Shown: positions 19,172 through 28,659 of the stretch, piece after piece | How the letters are laid out: each line of letters begins with the position of its first letter | Position numbering within the stretch: position 1 is the first letter of the stretch | Assembly: GCA_964395425.1 (NCBI GenBank) | Contig: CAYNDD010000001.1 | Coordinates: 63 to 64,062 of the forward strand | Direction of reading: 5' to 3' | DNA length: 64,000 bases | From: an uncultured Frankiaceae bacterium | Lineage (GTDB): Bacteria > Actinomycetota > Actinomycetes > JAFAQI01 | Notes under the pieces: generated by a model | What the model saw: only the letters and a program-made list of their open reading frames with translations | Database searches by the model: none | Told to the model about the DNA's origin: nothing | Translations under genes and position numbers: made by a program

Positions 19172-20152
19172 ATGACCGCGATTTCCGGCCGGTCTGCAGG
19201 TGATGAGAGGAGGGCTTCGGCAATCCTCCGGGATCCCGACTGGGCGATGGTCGAGCAGAGCCTTCGGTCTGCAGCTATCCCCGCACTCCACACGCGATCT
19301 GTGGAGGAAGCCCGGGCGATGGCTGACGCCGGTGTGTCAACTGCGCTCCCGTCATCGGTGAGTAGCACGGATTTTCGGCTTGAGACTGCCGACGGAGCCG
19401 TCCCGATTCGGGTCTACCGCCCGACGGGCGACGCTACGCGGCCGGCAATTCTTTACTTTCACAGTGGCGGCTGGGTGGTCGGATCAATCGCTACTTCTGA
19501 ATCCTTGGCGATTGAACTTGCCGTCCAGGCCCGTGCCGTTGTTGCGTCGGTCGACTATCGGCTTGCGCCGGAGCATCCGTTTCCCGCAGCCGTGGACGAC
19601 GCGTACGAGGCCGCGATCTGGCTCGCCGCAAACAGTGAGCACATCGGTGCTGTTCGGGGCCCAATCGCAGTGTGTGGTGACAGCTCCGGTGGCAATCTGG
19701 CAACGGTCACCGCGCTCAAGGCGCGAGATCAGCAAGGCCCGGCTATTGGCTGCCAAGCCTTGATCTATCCGGTGACAGACCATGACTTCACGCGGCGGTC
19801 TCATCGAGAGGCGCCGACCATCGGCGGCTTGCTCAGTTCGGCGGACATGGCTTGGTTCTGGGACAAGTACCTACCGGACCGGGATCAGCGTGACGATCCT
19901 CTGGCCTCGCCGCTTCGCGCACCGAGCCTGGCCGGCCTACCGCCGGCACTGGTGGTCACGGCGGAGCTCGATCCCCTTAGCGATGAAGGGGAGGCGTACG
20001 CAACCGCGCTGGCGCGCGAAGGTGTGCCGACCAGTCATCTCCGCTGCCATGGGCTGGGCCATGGCTTTGTTCGGATGCCGGCCGTACATCGGTCGACGTC
20101 TGTAATCGCGATGGTTGGCTCGTTCATCAGGTCGAGCCTGGTGAACGACTAG
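19172..20152 (+). CDS. Alpha/beta hydrolase, esterase/lipase (HSL family).
   Basis: HGGG-type oxyanion motif YFHSGGW and GDSSGG nucleophile pentapeptide. Sits directly downstream of the BVMO, the classic BVMO + esterase pairing. Confidence 0.8.
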   Translation: MTAISGRSAGDERRASAILRDPDWAMVEQSLRSAAIPALHTRSVEEARAMADAGVSTALPSSVSSTDFRLETADGAVPIRVYRPTGDATRPAILYFHSGGWVVGSIATSESLAIELAVQARAVVASVDYRLAPEHPFPAAVDDAYEAAIWLAANSEHIGAVRGPIAVCGDSSGGNLATVTALKARDQQGPAIGCQALIYPVTDHDFTRRSHREAPTIGGLLSSADMAWFWDKYLPDRDQRDDPLASPLRAPSLAGLPPALVVTAELDPLSDEGEAYATALAREGVPTSHLRCHGLGHGFVRMPAVHRSTSVIAMVGSFIRSSLVND

Positions 20153-20246
20153 GGGCCGCAAGCCGGTGCGGTGTCCAGGACCGGGCCGGCCGCCAAAGTC
20201 TGGGTTGGGCGCGGTGTCACCGGACCAGAGATGAGAGAGAGGCCAG

Positions 20247-21338
20247 ATGCGAGCGGCAGTGTTGGAGAGCTACGGGGGCCGATTTGAAGTTGAGGACGTC
20301 ATCGCGCCAGCACTGGGGCCACATGACGTCTCAATGCGGGTCGATGCCACTGGCGTGTGCCATTCGGACCTGACGATGCTGTCGGGGGACGGGTTTCAGT
20401 TTCAATTGCCCGTCATCCTGGGACACGAAGCTGCTGGAGTGGTGCTCGAGACCGGAGCTGAGGTAACCGCGCTCAAGCCAGGGGACACGGTGATTTCATC
20501 GTGGTGCCCACAGTGCGATGCATGTTTCTTCTGCCACCGCGGCGAGGCCTATCTTTGTGAGCGGCGCCCCGAACTGACAGACGAACGGCGAAACCCTACG
20601 ACTCGCGCGGATGGCACGGTTCTTTCGTCGATGGCATCCCTGGGCACCTTCGCGACGCAGGTGATCGCCGATGAGGCCCTGATCATTCCGGTGACGACCG
20701 ACCTCGCGGCGGAGCAGCTGGCGCTCATCGGCTGCGGGGTGACCACCGGATTCTTCGCGGCGCTCAACACCGCAGAGGTCACACCGGGCGCCTCGGTTGC
20801 CGTCATTGGATGCGGCGGTGTCGGGCTCTCGACGATCCAAGGCGCACGGGTCGCAGGTGCGGAGTGCATCATCGGGGTCGACCCGGTGCCCGCACGGCGT
20901 GAAGCAGCGACCGCGGCCGGGGCAACCCACGTGGTGGACCCGGCCAACGGCGGCTCCGTCGAGCAGATCCATGCGATCACGGCCGGCCGGGGCGCGGACT
21001 TCGTGTTCGAATCGATCGGAAGGCGTGACACCTACATCCAGGCCCGAGCGGCAACGATCATCGGCGGGACCACGGTCTACGTCGGAATGTATTCGCACTC
21101 GGCGGCAGCCCTCAGCTTCTCCATGGCGGACCTGCACCGACCCGGCCGGCTCGTCGGGTGTGCGTATGGATCGGCCAACGTACGTACCGACTATCAACGC
21201 CTCATCGGGTACGTCGAGTCGGGCGAGTTCAATCTTGCGGACATGGTCACAAAGACGCTCCCGTTGGACGACATCAACGAGGCTGTCGAGCTCTTGGAGG
21301 CTGGCATTGGAATTCGAACGGTGCTCGTCAATCCATGA
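20247..21338 (+). CDS. Zinc-dependent alcohol dehydrogenase (MDR family).
   Basis: GVCHSDL catalytic zinc motif, the structural-zinc Cys cluster CPQCDACFFC, and GCGGVG NAD-binding motif. Confidence 0.85.
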   Translation: MRAAVLESYGGRFEVEDVIAPALGPHDVSMRVDATGVCHSDLTMLSGDGFQFQLPVILGHEAAGVVLETGAEVTALKPGDTVISSWCPQCDACFFCHRGEAYLCERRPELTDERRNPTTRADGTVLSSMASLGTFATQVIADEALIIPVTTDLAAEQLALIGCGVTTGFFAALNTAEVTPGASVAVIGCGGVGLSTIQGARVAGAECIIGVDPVPARREAATAAGATHVVDPANGGSVEQIHAITAGRGADFVFESIGRRDTYIQARAATIIGGTTVYVGMYSHSAAALSFSMADLHRPGRLVGCAYGSANVRTDYQRLIGYVESGEFNLADMVTKTLPLDDINEAVELLEAGIGIRTVLVNP

Positions 21339-21438
21339 TGACTTCGACCGCGATCCCGAAGCAGCCGACGCCCGGTCGCCGTACGGCCGACACGGGGCGT
21401 GACGCTGGCCTCGCATCGACATCAGGCGGTGGACGCTC

Positions 21439-22197
21439 GTGACCAGCCTCGGCAGGATCCTCGAAGGACGAATCGCCATTGTCACCGGCGCCGGCCGGGG
21501 CCTTGGTCGCGCATTTGCTACTGCGATGGCGGCTGCTGGCGCGTCCGTCGTCGTCAACAGTCGAACGGAAGCGTCGGCAGCCGCCGTGGTCCAACAGATC
21601 GAGGGTGCCGGCGGACGAGCTATCGCCGTGAGTGGCGACATCGGCGAGCCGGGCTTCTTCGATCAGATGGTGAGTGTCGCGCTGGCCTCCTTCGGCACCA
21701 TCGACATCCTTGTTAACAACGCCGGTGTCTCAATCCCCGCGATGATCTGGAAGATGACGGACTCGCAGTGGGACGACGTTCTTCGCATCAACCTCACGTC
21801 GGTGTTCTGGGGTATTCGCGCAGTATGTCCGGTAATGATGGAAAACCGTTACGGGCGCATCATCAACGTCACATCAGCGGGCGGCATCGAGGGTTCTCCC
21901 GGCCAGGTCAACTACGGCGCCTCGAAGGCTGGGGTCATCGGACTGACCAAATCGGCAGCTCGGCAACTGGCGCGGTACGGAATCACGGTGAATGCCATTT
22001 CGCCAGTGGCTATCACTCCCATGACTGAGGTCATCGTCGAGACGCCAAAGTTTCTCGATAAGACGATCTCTCGGATTCCGCTCGGGCGGATGGCTGAAGC
22101 CGACGAAGTGGCGCCTGCAGTTGTGTTCTTGGCGTCGGATGCGGCCGCTTACACGACGGGGCACGTGTTGCTGGCCGACGGTGGAATGTCCATGTGA
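21439..22197 (+). CDS. SDR family oxidoreductase.
   Basis: TGAGRGLGRA cofactor motif, NNAG, and a YxxxK catalytic pattern (YGASKAG). Confidence 0.85.
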   Translation: MTSLGRILEGRIAIVTGAGRGLGRAFATAMAAAGASVVVNSRTEASAAAVVQQIEGAGGRAIAVSGDIGEPGFFDQMVSVALASFGTIDILVNNAGVSIPAMIWKMTDSQWDDVLRINLTSVFWGIRAVCPVMMENRYGRIINVTSAGGIEGSPGQVNYGASKAGVIGLTKSAARQLARYGITVNAISPVAITPMTEVIVETPKFLDKTISRIPLGRMAEADEVAPAVVFLASDAAAYTTGHVLLADGGMSM

Positions 22198-22335
22198 CGG
22201 AGATCGGTGGGAGCGCGAAGATGGCATGGACGTGCTCCGGTATCCGTTGAACAGCAACCCGCAACTCGAGTCTCCGGCAACCCGCCCATGCTGCGTTGTC
22301 CGTGCCTTCGGACTCAATTCCAAACCTTGCCGCAA

Positions 22336-22368
22336 GAGCCTGATCATGGTTAGATACATACGCATAGA
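22336..22368 (+). promoter_or_regulatory. Copy 2 of the conserved 33-nt AT-rich motif, GAGCCTGATCATGGTTAGATACATACGCATAGA, 50-60 nt upstream of the atuA-like operon.
   Basis: See copy 1 at 17226-17258. Contains the TGATCA palindrome. Confidence 0.5.
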
Positions 22369-22428
22369 CCAACGCAAGGCGGGCGACCTCGGGGCATCGA
22401 GATCGCGCTTTACGAAGTGAGATCGATC

Positions 22429-23766
22429 ATGACCGGCAACAGGTTCGTCATCGGTTCTGGTTCGGGCTTCAGTGATGACCTGCTGGATGGGGCCCAGCGA
22501 CTTGCCGATAGCGGCGTCGTCGACTGCATCGCCTTTGACCGGCTCGCGGAACGCACCCTCGCGCTGGCACAGCTCCGTCATCTCGAAGGTGGCGATGGTT
22601 TCGACCTTCACATTGACGAGATCGTGGAACGGTTCGGGGCGTTTGTCGCCCAAGGCGGCAAGCTCGTCGGCAACTTTGGCGCCGCGAATCCTGAAGGAGC
22701 GGCGGAACGATTCGCAGCCAGACTACGGGCGGGCGGCCTGACCGGGAAGGTCATCGGGGTCGTCACCGGCGACGACGTTCATGCCCAGGCCAAAGACTTG
22801 GACCTCGCGCTCCCCGAGATGGGCACGACGATATCCGAGCTCGGCGACAAGTTCGTGTCGGCTCATGCGTACATTGGCGCGGATTCCCTGATGGACTGCC
22901 TTGTGGCGGGAGCAGATGTCATCGTCGGCGGCCGGGTGGCCGATCCATCGCTCTGGGTTGCGCCGCTTTGCCACGCACGTGGCTGGTCGCTCGACGATTG
23001 GGATCAGCTGGCAAATGCAACCCTGGTGGCCCACATCCTCGAGTGCGGATCTCACCTCAACGGTGGCGGATTCTCGGATCCGCCGTTGCGGGAGGTTCCG
23101 GGCGCCGCGCATCTTGGCGCGCCGTATGGGGAGGTCAGCGAAGACGGCTCGTTGTTCATCTCACAGCTGGCCACAGACGCAGGCATCGTCAACAGAGACA
23201 CGATCCGTGGTCAGCTTGGCTACGAGATCTTTGATCCAAGCTCGTACATCACACCCGACGTCGTTGCCGATCTGAGCGACATCTCGCTTGAAGAGGTCGG
23301 GCCGAACAGGGTCCGTGTGGGTGGTGCGCGTGGCCGAAAGCGCCCGGACGAGCTCAAAGTACTAGTGGGCGTTGATCTCGGCTGGAAGACAGTCGGTGGT
23401 GCGTCCTGGGGTGGGCCGAACTGCGTCTCACGCGCGGAATTGGCGGCAGCATCCTTCGGGGAGAGGCTGGCTGGACTTGGTGACGAGGTCGTCGAGTATC
23501 GCCACGACCTGGTCGGGATCAACTCGCTGTTCGGTCAGTGCCTCGAAACCCGGCAATACGAGCCCAATGAGGTCAGGCTGCGCGTTGCGACGGTGACGAG
23601 GTCACGCGCCGGGGCTGAGGCGATTGGCGATGAGATCTGGGCTTTGTGGCGATACGCAGCCGGCGCTGGAGGCATGGAGAAAGTGCTGACGCGACACATC
23701 GGCGTCACTCCGGCGATGATTCCTCGGTCGGCGGTCACCGTGTCGTCGCGAACCCTAACCGTCTGA
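22429..23766 (+). CDS. AtuA-like (acyclic terpene utilisation family, DUF1446) protein.
   Basis: N-terminal RFVIGSGSGFSDD...VVDCIAFDRLAERTLALAQ resembles AtuA N-termini. About 445 aa. Confidence 0.6.
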   Translation: MTGNRFVIGSGSGFSDDLLDGAQRLADSGVVDCIAFDRLAERTLALAQLRHLEGGDGFDLHIDEIVERFGAFVAQGGKLVGNFGAANPEGAAERFAARLRAGGLTGKVIGVVTGDDVHAQAKDLDLALPEMGTTISELGDKFVSAHAYIGADSLMDCLVAGADVIVGGRVADPSLWVAPLCHARGWSLDDWDQLANATLVAHILECGSHLNGGGFSDPPLREVPGAAHLGAPYGEVSEDGSLFISQLATDAGIVNRDTIRGQLGYEIFDPSSYITPDVVADLSDISLEEVGPNRVRVGGARGRKRPDELKVLVGVDLGWKTVGGASWGGPNCVSRAELAAASFGERLAGLGDEVVEYRHDLVGINSLFGQCLETRQYEPNEVRLRVATVTRSRAGAEAIGDEIWALWRYAAGAGGMEKVLTRHIGVTPAMIPRSAVTVSSRTLTV

Positions 23767-23800
23767 GTACTGGAGAAGCGAGTTCATGAAGCTCCACTAA

Positions 23801-24148
23801 GTGGCGTTCTCGAGGTGCGGCGACAAAGGGAATCACGCCAACATCAGTGTGATCCCCTACCGGGACGAGGCGTATTCGCTGCTACTCCCGCAGCTCACCA
23901 CCGATCGTGTTGCCGAGCATTTTCGGGACATCCTCCTCGGTACCGTGACCCGATATGAGTGGGAGTCGATCTCCATTCTGAACTTTGTGCTGAACGATGT
24001 ACTTCACGGCGGCGTGTCGATGTCGCTGAAGCTTGATCCTCACGGCAAGTCGTTGCAGTCCCACATTCTCTCGATGGAGGTTGATCTTCCTGAGCGAATG
24101 AGGCCGGCAACGTTCCCCGCCTCTGTTGGTCATTCGGACATGGCATGA
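23801..24148 (+). CDS. Small DUF4387-like protein, the usual partner of AtuA-like genes.
   Basis: 115-aa ORF with a GTG start, SRCGDKGNHANISV, immediately downstream of the atuA-like gene. Confidence 0.5.
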   Translation: MAFSRCGDKGNHANISVIPYRDEAYSLLLPQLTTDRVAEHFRDILLGTVTRYEWESISILNFVLNDVLHGGVSMSLKLDPHGKSLQSHILSMEVDLPERMRPATFPASVGHSDMA

Positions 24149-25350
24149 GCAATGCCAGCGGCAGCAGCGAAGCCGACCTCGCCGAGACCCCCCAGGGTCT
24201 TTGGGGCGCACTGCGCGGCGTCCGGGTCCTGGAGTTGTGCCAAAACGCCGCTGGCCCCTTTGCTTCCGAGATCCTGGTCATGTTGGGCGCAGACGTCGTC
24301 AAGTTGGAATCGGGGCTTGGAGATGTGAGTCGGGCGATCGGGCGCCCAAGAGAAGGTGGAGTCTCCGCGGTCTACGCCACGCTCAATCATGGCAAACGAT
24401 CTGTGTCCCTCGACCTGAAGCATCCCGATTCGCGTCCCGTGCTTCAACGTCTCGTTCTCAACGCTGACGTCGTGCTTCAGAATCTGCGTCCTGGGACGGC
24501 GGCGCGTCTGGGCCTTGGCGTGGACGACGTACACGCGATAAATCCGACGGCGATCTACTGTTCCGTGGCGGGGCTCTACCCGAGCGAGGCAGACCGTCCC
24601 GGGTACGACGTGATAGCCCAGGCGGAGTCGGGGATCATGGACCGCATCGGTGAGGAAGGCTCACCACCGGCTCGAGTGCCCCTTCCGATGCTCGACTACG
24701 CAACCGCGATGTGGGCGGCTATTGGCATCCTTGCGGGGCTTAAGACGGAGCGACGCAATCTGGCCATCAATGTCACGTTGCTCGACGTCGCAATGGCCAT
24801 GCAGTGCGAAACCATCGCCGCCTATCTTGCAGATGGCGTCGTACCGCGGCGTCGTGGATCAGGGCTCGAGGCCGTCACGCCTCACCGGGCGTTCGCGACC
24901 AGCGACGGTCACATCTTGGTGGCGGCCGGCAACGACTCGTTGTACGGCCGACTTGCAGCAGTGCTCGGTTCACCACTTGACGATGCCCGCTTCTCGACGA
25001 CGAATGGTCGCATGACTCATCGCGACGAGCTCGAAGCCGCGATCTCAGAAAAGCTCTGCGTCGAGCCCACCGCGACGTGGTTCGAGATCCTCCATCGAGC
25101 CGGAATCCCCGTGGCACCGATTCGCGGCTTGAGCGACGCCGTCGACCGCCACATCGCCCATAGTTCAACCGGAGTGCGCCGAGCGGGGGGCTTCGACGTC
25201 CTCGCACCTCCGCTCGAAGTGTCTGGCAACAGGTGGGAGCCGCAACGGGATCCAGCGACACTTGGCTCGGACACGTCGGAGGTTCTGAGTGCGCTCGGCT
25301 TTACGGACAACGAAATCGGCGCGCTCATCGCGAGTGGCGTGCTTGCATGA
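24145..25350 (+). CDS. Family III CoA-transferase (CaiB/BaiF).
   Basis: GVRVLEL...GPFASEILVMLGADVVKLE N-terminal signature. Its ATG overlaps the upstream stop (ATGA). Confidence 0.8.
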   Translation: MSNASGSSEADLAETPQGLWGALRGVRVLELCQNAAGPFASEILVMLGADVVKLESGLGDVSRAIGRPREGGVSAVYATLNHGKRSVSLDLKHPDSRPVLQRLVLNADVVLQNLRPGTAARLGLGVDDVHAINPTAIYCSVAGLYPSEADRPGYDVIAQAESGIMDRIGEEGSPPARVPLPMLDYATAMWAAIGILAGLKTERRNLAINVTLLDVAMAMQCETIAAYLADGVVPRRRGSGLEAVTPHRAFATSDGHILVAAGNDSLYGRLAAVLGSPLDDARFSTTNGRMTHRDELEAAISEKLCVEPTATWFEILHRAGIPVAPIRGLSDAVDRHIAHSSTGVRRAGGFDVLAPPLEVSGNRWEPQRDPATLGSDTSEVLSALGFTDNEIGALIASGVLA

Positions 25351-26378
25351 ACCAGGCGCTCGAAGGCATCCGGGTCGTCGACCTCGCCCAGCAGACGCCT
25401 GGGCCGCTGTGTTCTCGCCTCCTTGCCGATCTTGGTGCAACGGTGATCAAGATCGAGCCACCCGGCGGCGAATGGGCGCGCAAGGCGCGAAGTCTTTATC
25501 GGCACCTGAACTCTTGCAAGACAGTGGTCGAGCTGGATTTGAAGACGCCCGCTGGACTTGCCGCGGCGCGTGAGCACCTCGAAGCCGCGGACGTGGTCCT
25601 CGAGGGCTTTCGACCGGGAGTCGCTGACCGTCTGGGTGTCGGCTTCAACGATGTCGCTGCGTTGTCCCCGCAGATCATCTACTGCTCGATCAGCGGGTAC
25701 GGCCAATCAGGACCGATGCGTGATGTCGCCGGACACGACATGTGTTACCACGCTCATGCCGGAGCGTTCAGCGCAGAGCTGACCTCCGGGGAAGGACCCA
25801 ACCGGCCACTCCTCCCGAATGCTGATCTCGCTAGTTCGCTGTTTGGCGCTTTCATGATCTTGGCAGCACTCCGCGACCCAGATCGCGTGGCGCAGCACAT
25901 TGACGTCTCAATGCAAGACGTCTGCGTCTTCTTGGCATTCAGCCGGTGGGGGGAGGCGTTGACCACTGGCCGGGACAGCCCGGTCGAGGAACTGTTGCAC
26001 CTCACGCCGGGCAACGACATCTACAGAACGGCCGACGGCGAGTACATCACGGTGTGCGCGGTAGAGGACAAGTTCTGGGTGAATCTCTGTACTGCGTTGA
26101 CCCGTCCCGACTTGGCCGAACCGCCGTTCGACAGCACGGCTGGCCGAATGGCCGCACGGACGCAACTCAATCAGCAGCTTAGCTTGACCATGGGTGCGCT
26201 CGCGTGCGGCGATCTCCTTACTCGCTTCGTGGAAGCAGATGTCCCTGCCATGCGCGTACGGCGGGCAAGCGAGGTACTGAATGATCCCGCTCTCAGGGCA
26301 TCTGGTCTCGTCCGGCCAGTCGCCGACGGATATGAGCTCGGCTTCCCGGTGAAGATCTCTGATCGACGCATGAGCTGA
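25347..26378 (+). CDS. Family III CoA-transferase (CaiB/BaiF), second paralog.
   Basis: GIRVVDLAQQTPGPLCSRLLADLGATVIKIEPP. ATGA start/stop overlap with the preceding transferase gene suggests translational coupling. Confidence 0.8.
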   Translation: MNQALEGIRVVDLAQQTPGPLCSRLLADLGATVIKIEPPGGEWARKARSLYRHLNSCKTVVELDLKTPAGLAAAREHLEAADVVLEGFRPGVADRLGVGFNDVAALSPQIIYCSISGYGQSGPMRDVAGHDMCYHAHAGAFSAELTSGEGPNRPLLPNADLASSLFGAFMILAALRDPDRVAQHIDVSMQDVCVFLAFSRWGEALTTGRDSPVEELLHLTPGNDIYRTADGEYITVCAVEDKFWVNLCTALTRPDLAEPPFDSTAGRMAARTQLNQQLSLTMGALACGDLLTRFVEADVPAMRVRRASEVLNDPALRASGLVRPVADGYELGFPVKISDRRMS

Positions 26379-26482
26379 GGGCGACGATCAATGCAGCGAT
26401 TGATCCGCTCGGCCGAAGCACACCCAGCGCGTCGGGACGCCGACACTCGCATCTCAGCGAACGTAGGGAGGTCAGAGAACAC

Positions 26483-28132
26483 GTGCCGGCAACTGTGAGC
26501 CTTCGGTTCAACAATCTCTGGGAGATGCTCGAACATCGGGTGCGTGCCTCGCAACAGCCGCAACTGTCGGTCGGCGGCGAGCAGATGGAGTGGGACGAGC
26601 TATTAGCAACAGCGCGAAGGTCTGCGGTCGTCCTCGCCGATCTCGGGGTTGCCAAGGGCAGCCGGGTTGCAACGTTCGGCGAGACGCGGGCCGACCTCTT
26701 GGCGGTCTCTCTCGGCCTGACCTGCTTAGGGGCTGTTGAGGTTCCGTTCAACACAGCGCTGAACGGAACCTTCCTCGAACGGCAATTGCAGAGTTCTGGC
26801 GTCAGCTTCCTGGTGGTCGTCGCGAGCTATCTCGCGTCGGTCGTTCCAGCCTTGAGGGAAAGCCGGGTAACGACGGTCATCGTTGTCGATGACAGCCCCG
26901 CTGACCGAAGCCTGACCGGTGTGCGCGTGGTCAGCCTCTCGAGCCTGGTTGCGAGGGCAGATGCCCAAGACGCGGTGCCGGCCACGGTGTGCCCCGATGA
27001 TCCGGCGCTCGTGATCTACACGTCTGGGACGACCGGACCGTCGAAGGGCGTGGTCCTCAGTCATGGCTACTTCCTTCACCATTCGATGAGGAAACAGGCA
27101 GACTTCGATCTGGGACCAGACGACGTGCTGTACTCCTGCCTTCCGCTATTCCACATCAATGCGCGGTTGGTGACGCTCTACGCTGCGATGAACTCAGGCG
27201 CCGGCGTCGTTCTCGATTCGCGTTTCAGCGCCTCGAACTTTTGGAGTCGGCTACGCGAGACCAGAACGACCGTGTTCACCTTCCTCGGCACGATGGCGGG
27301 CATCCTCTTGGAGCGCCCGGCCCATCCTGACGAATCCGCCCATACTGCGCGACTTGCATTTGGCAGCCCGATTCCGGTCGGCCGCTACGAGGAGTTCTGC
27401 GACCGATTCCGGGTCAAGGTATCGAACACCTTTGGCATGACTGAGTCGATGGGAGTTATCTTCAACCCGCCCGATGACTTCGTGCAGGGGAGTCTTGGAA
27501 AGGAGATCGCTGAATTCTCGCTTCGCGTCGTAAGCGTCGATGATCCATCGAGAACTTGTGAGGTCGATGAGGTCGGTGAACTCCTCTTTCGGCCTCAACT
27601 CCCATACTTGTTCATGTCGGAGTATCTCGACAACCCGGCGGCGACCGTTAAAGCCTGGCAGGATCTTTGGTTTCACACCGGTGACCTGGTCCATGTCAAC
27701 TCCGATGGAAACTACTTCCTGCATGGTCGTGCGACGGAAAGTATTCGACGGAAAGGCGAGAACATCTCGGCCTGGGAGGTGGAGTCCGTCGTGACCACGC
27801 ATCCGTCGGTCGAGGAGTGCGCCATGGTCGGCGTGCCATCGACGCTTGGCGAGGACGACATGAAGATTGTCGTCGTTGCGACTACCGGCGCAGAGGACAT
27901 CTCGATCTCGGCGCTGCATGCTGAGATCGACCGACTCCTGCCGCGCCACGCCCATCCGAGGTATCTCGAGGTTGTCGCCGCGCTTCCGAAAACGCCAACG
28001 ATGCGCGTGATGAAGCACGTTCTGGGGCGGGATTGGCGCACCCCGACAACCTGGGACTCAGACGTTGGATCCTTCCTGGATCAACCAGCAGACGCCTCAG
28101 CGTCTCGAGATCACAACGACGCGAACGAGTAG
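26483..28132 (+). CDS. AMP-dependent synthetase/ligase (acyl-CoA synthetase).
   Basis: AMP-binding motif IYTSGTTGPSKGVVLSH, plus the A8/A10 regions (GDLV...DGNYF..GR, RRKGENIS). Confidence 0.85.
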   Translation: MPATVSLRFNNLWEMLEHRVRASQQPQLSVGGEQMEWDELLATARRSAVVLADLGVAKGSRVATFGETRADLLAVSLGLTCLGAVEVPFNTALNGTFLERQLQSSGVSFLVVVASYLASVVPALRESRVTTVIVVDDSPADRSLTGVRVVSLSSLVARADAQDAVPATVCPDDPALVIYTSGTTGPSKGVVLSHGYFLHHSMRKQADFDLGPDDVLYSCLPLFHINARLVTLYAAMNSGAGVVLDSRFSASNFWSRLRETRTTVFTFLGTMAGILLERPAHPDESAHTARLAFGSPIPVGRYEEFCDRFRVKVSNTFGMTESMGVIFNPPDDFVQGSLGKEIAEFSLRVVSVDDPSRTCEVDEVGELLFRPQLPYLFMSEYLDNPAATVKAWQDLWFHTGDLVHVNSDGNYFLHGRATESIRRKGENISAWEVESVVTTHPSVEECAMVGVPSTLGEDDMKIVVVATTGAEDISISALHAEIDRLLPRHAHPRYLEVVAALPKTPTMRVMKHVLGRDWRTPTTWDSDVGSFLDQPADASASRDHNDANE

Positions 28133-28536
28133 GTGCAATGTCTCTCCGCAAATCGCCAGCCATCATCAGTGACGACGAACCGGTCGCGGTAGACGCCCAC
28201 TGTCTTGGGAAGAGCTACCGGCGCGGGCCGGGGAGATTCGCCTTCGTGCCCAAACACGAGGAAATATGCGGTCGAGGTGGCCTCGACCGAGCTCTTCACT
28301 TCGACTCGAATATTGGAGCAGATATGGCTTGTGATCCGTGCCGCGCCCGAGGCACCTTCAAAGCGCGCCCGAAGAGCGGCTTGGCCGATGCGCTCTTCGG
28401 TGGGAATCGTCCAAATCCCGTCTTGGGTAAACAGCTCCGGTATCCGGTGTAGTTCGCCCAGGTCGGCAAAATGGCTGTACTGAACAATAAGGTCGTGACA
28501 CACCCGGATTATGTGGTCTTCCTCATCCCGTTCCAT
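28111..28536 (-). CDS. NTF2-like / SnoaL-like small protein.
   Basis: About 140-aa product with the NTF2-fold pattern (SHICSNIRVE..., FVVTDDGWRFAERH). Convergent with the ACS gene, overlapping its 3' end. Confidence 0.5.
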   Translation of the reverse strand: MERDEEDHIIRVCHDLIVQYSHFADLGELHRIPELFTQDGIWTIPTEERIGQAALRARFEGASGAARITSHICSNIRVEVKSSVEATSTAYFLVFGHEGESPRPAPVALPKTVGVYRDRFVVTDDGWRFAERHCTYSFASL

Positions 28537-28659
28537 GTCGCTCCTGGGTGCGAACGAGTTCGAAAGTTTGGGGCGGATCGATCGCAAGGATACTACTTAT
28601 TGCCTTGTGTGCGTTGGGCGCGATCGCTTCAAATCCATCAATTCACTTGAGGAGCCCTC

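Noticed and set aside
20496-21641. 381-aa minus-strand ORF.
   Set aside because: Antisense to the Zn-ADH gene. Low-complexity Arg/Ala/Pro composition. The ADH on the plus strand has clear catalytic motifs.
17226-22368. The two 33-nt AT-rich elements as ends of a MITE or transposon.
   Set aside because: Both copies are in direct orientation with no inverted partner and no flanking target-site duplication. Each sits in an operon leader, so a regulatory role is more parsimonious, though this is not excluded.
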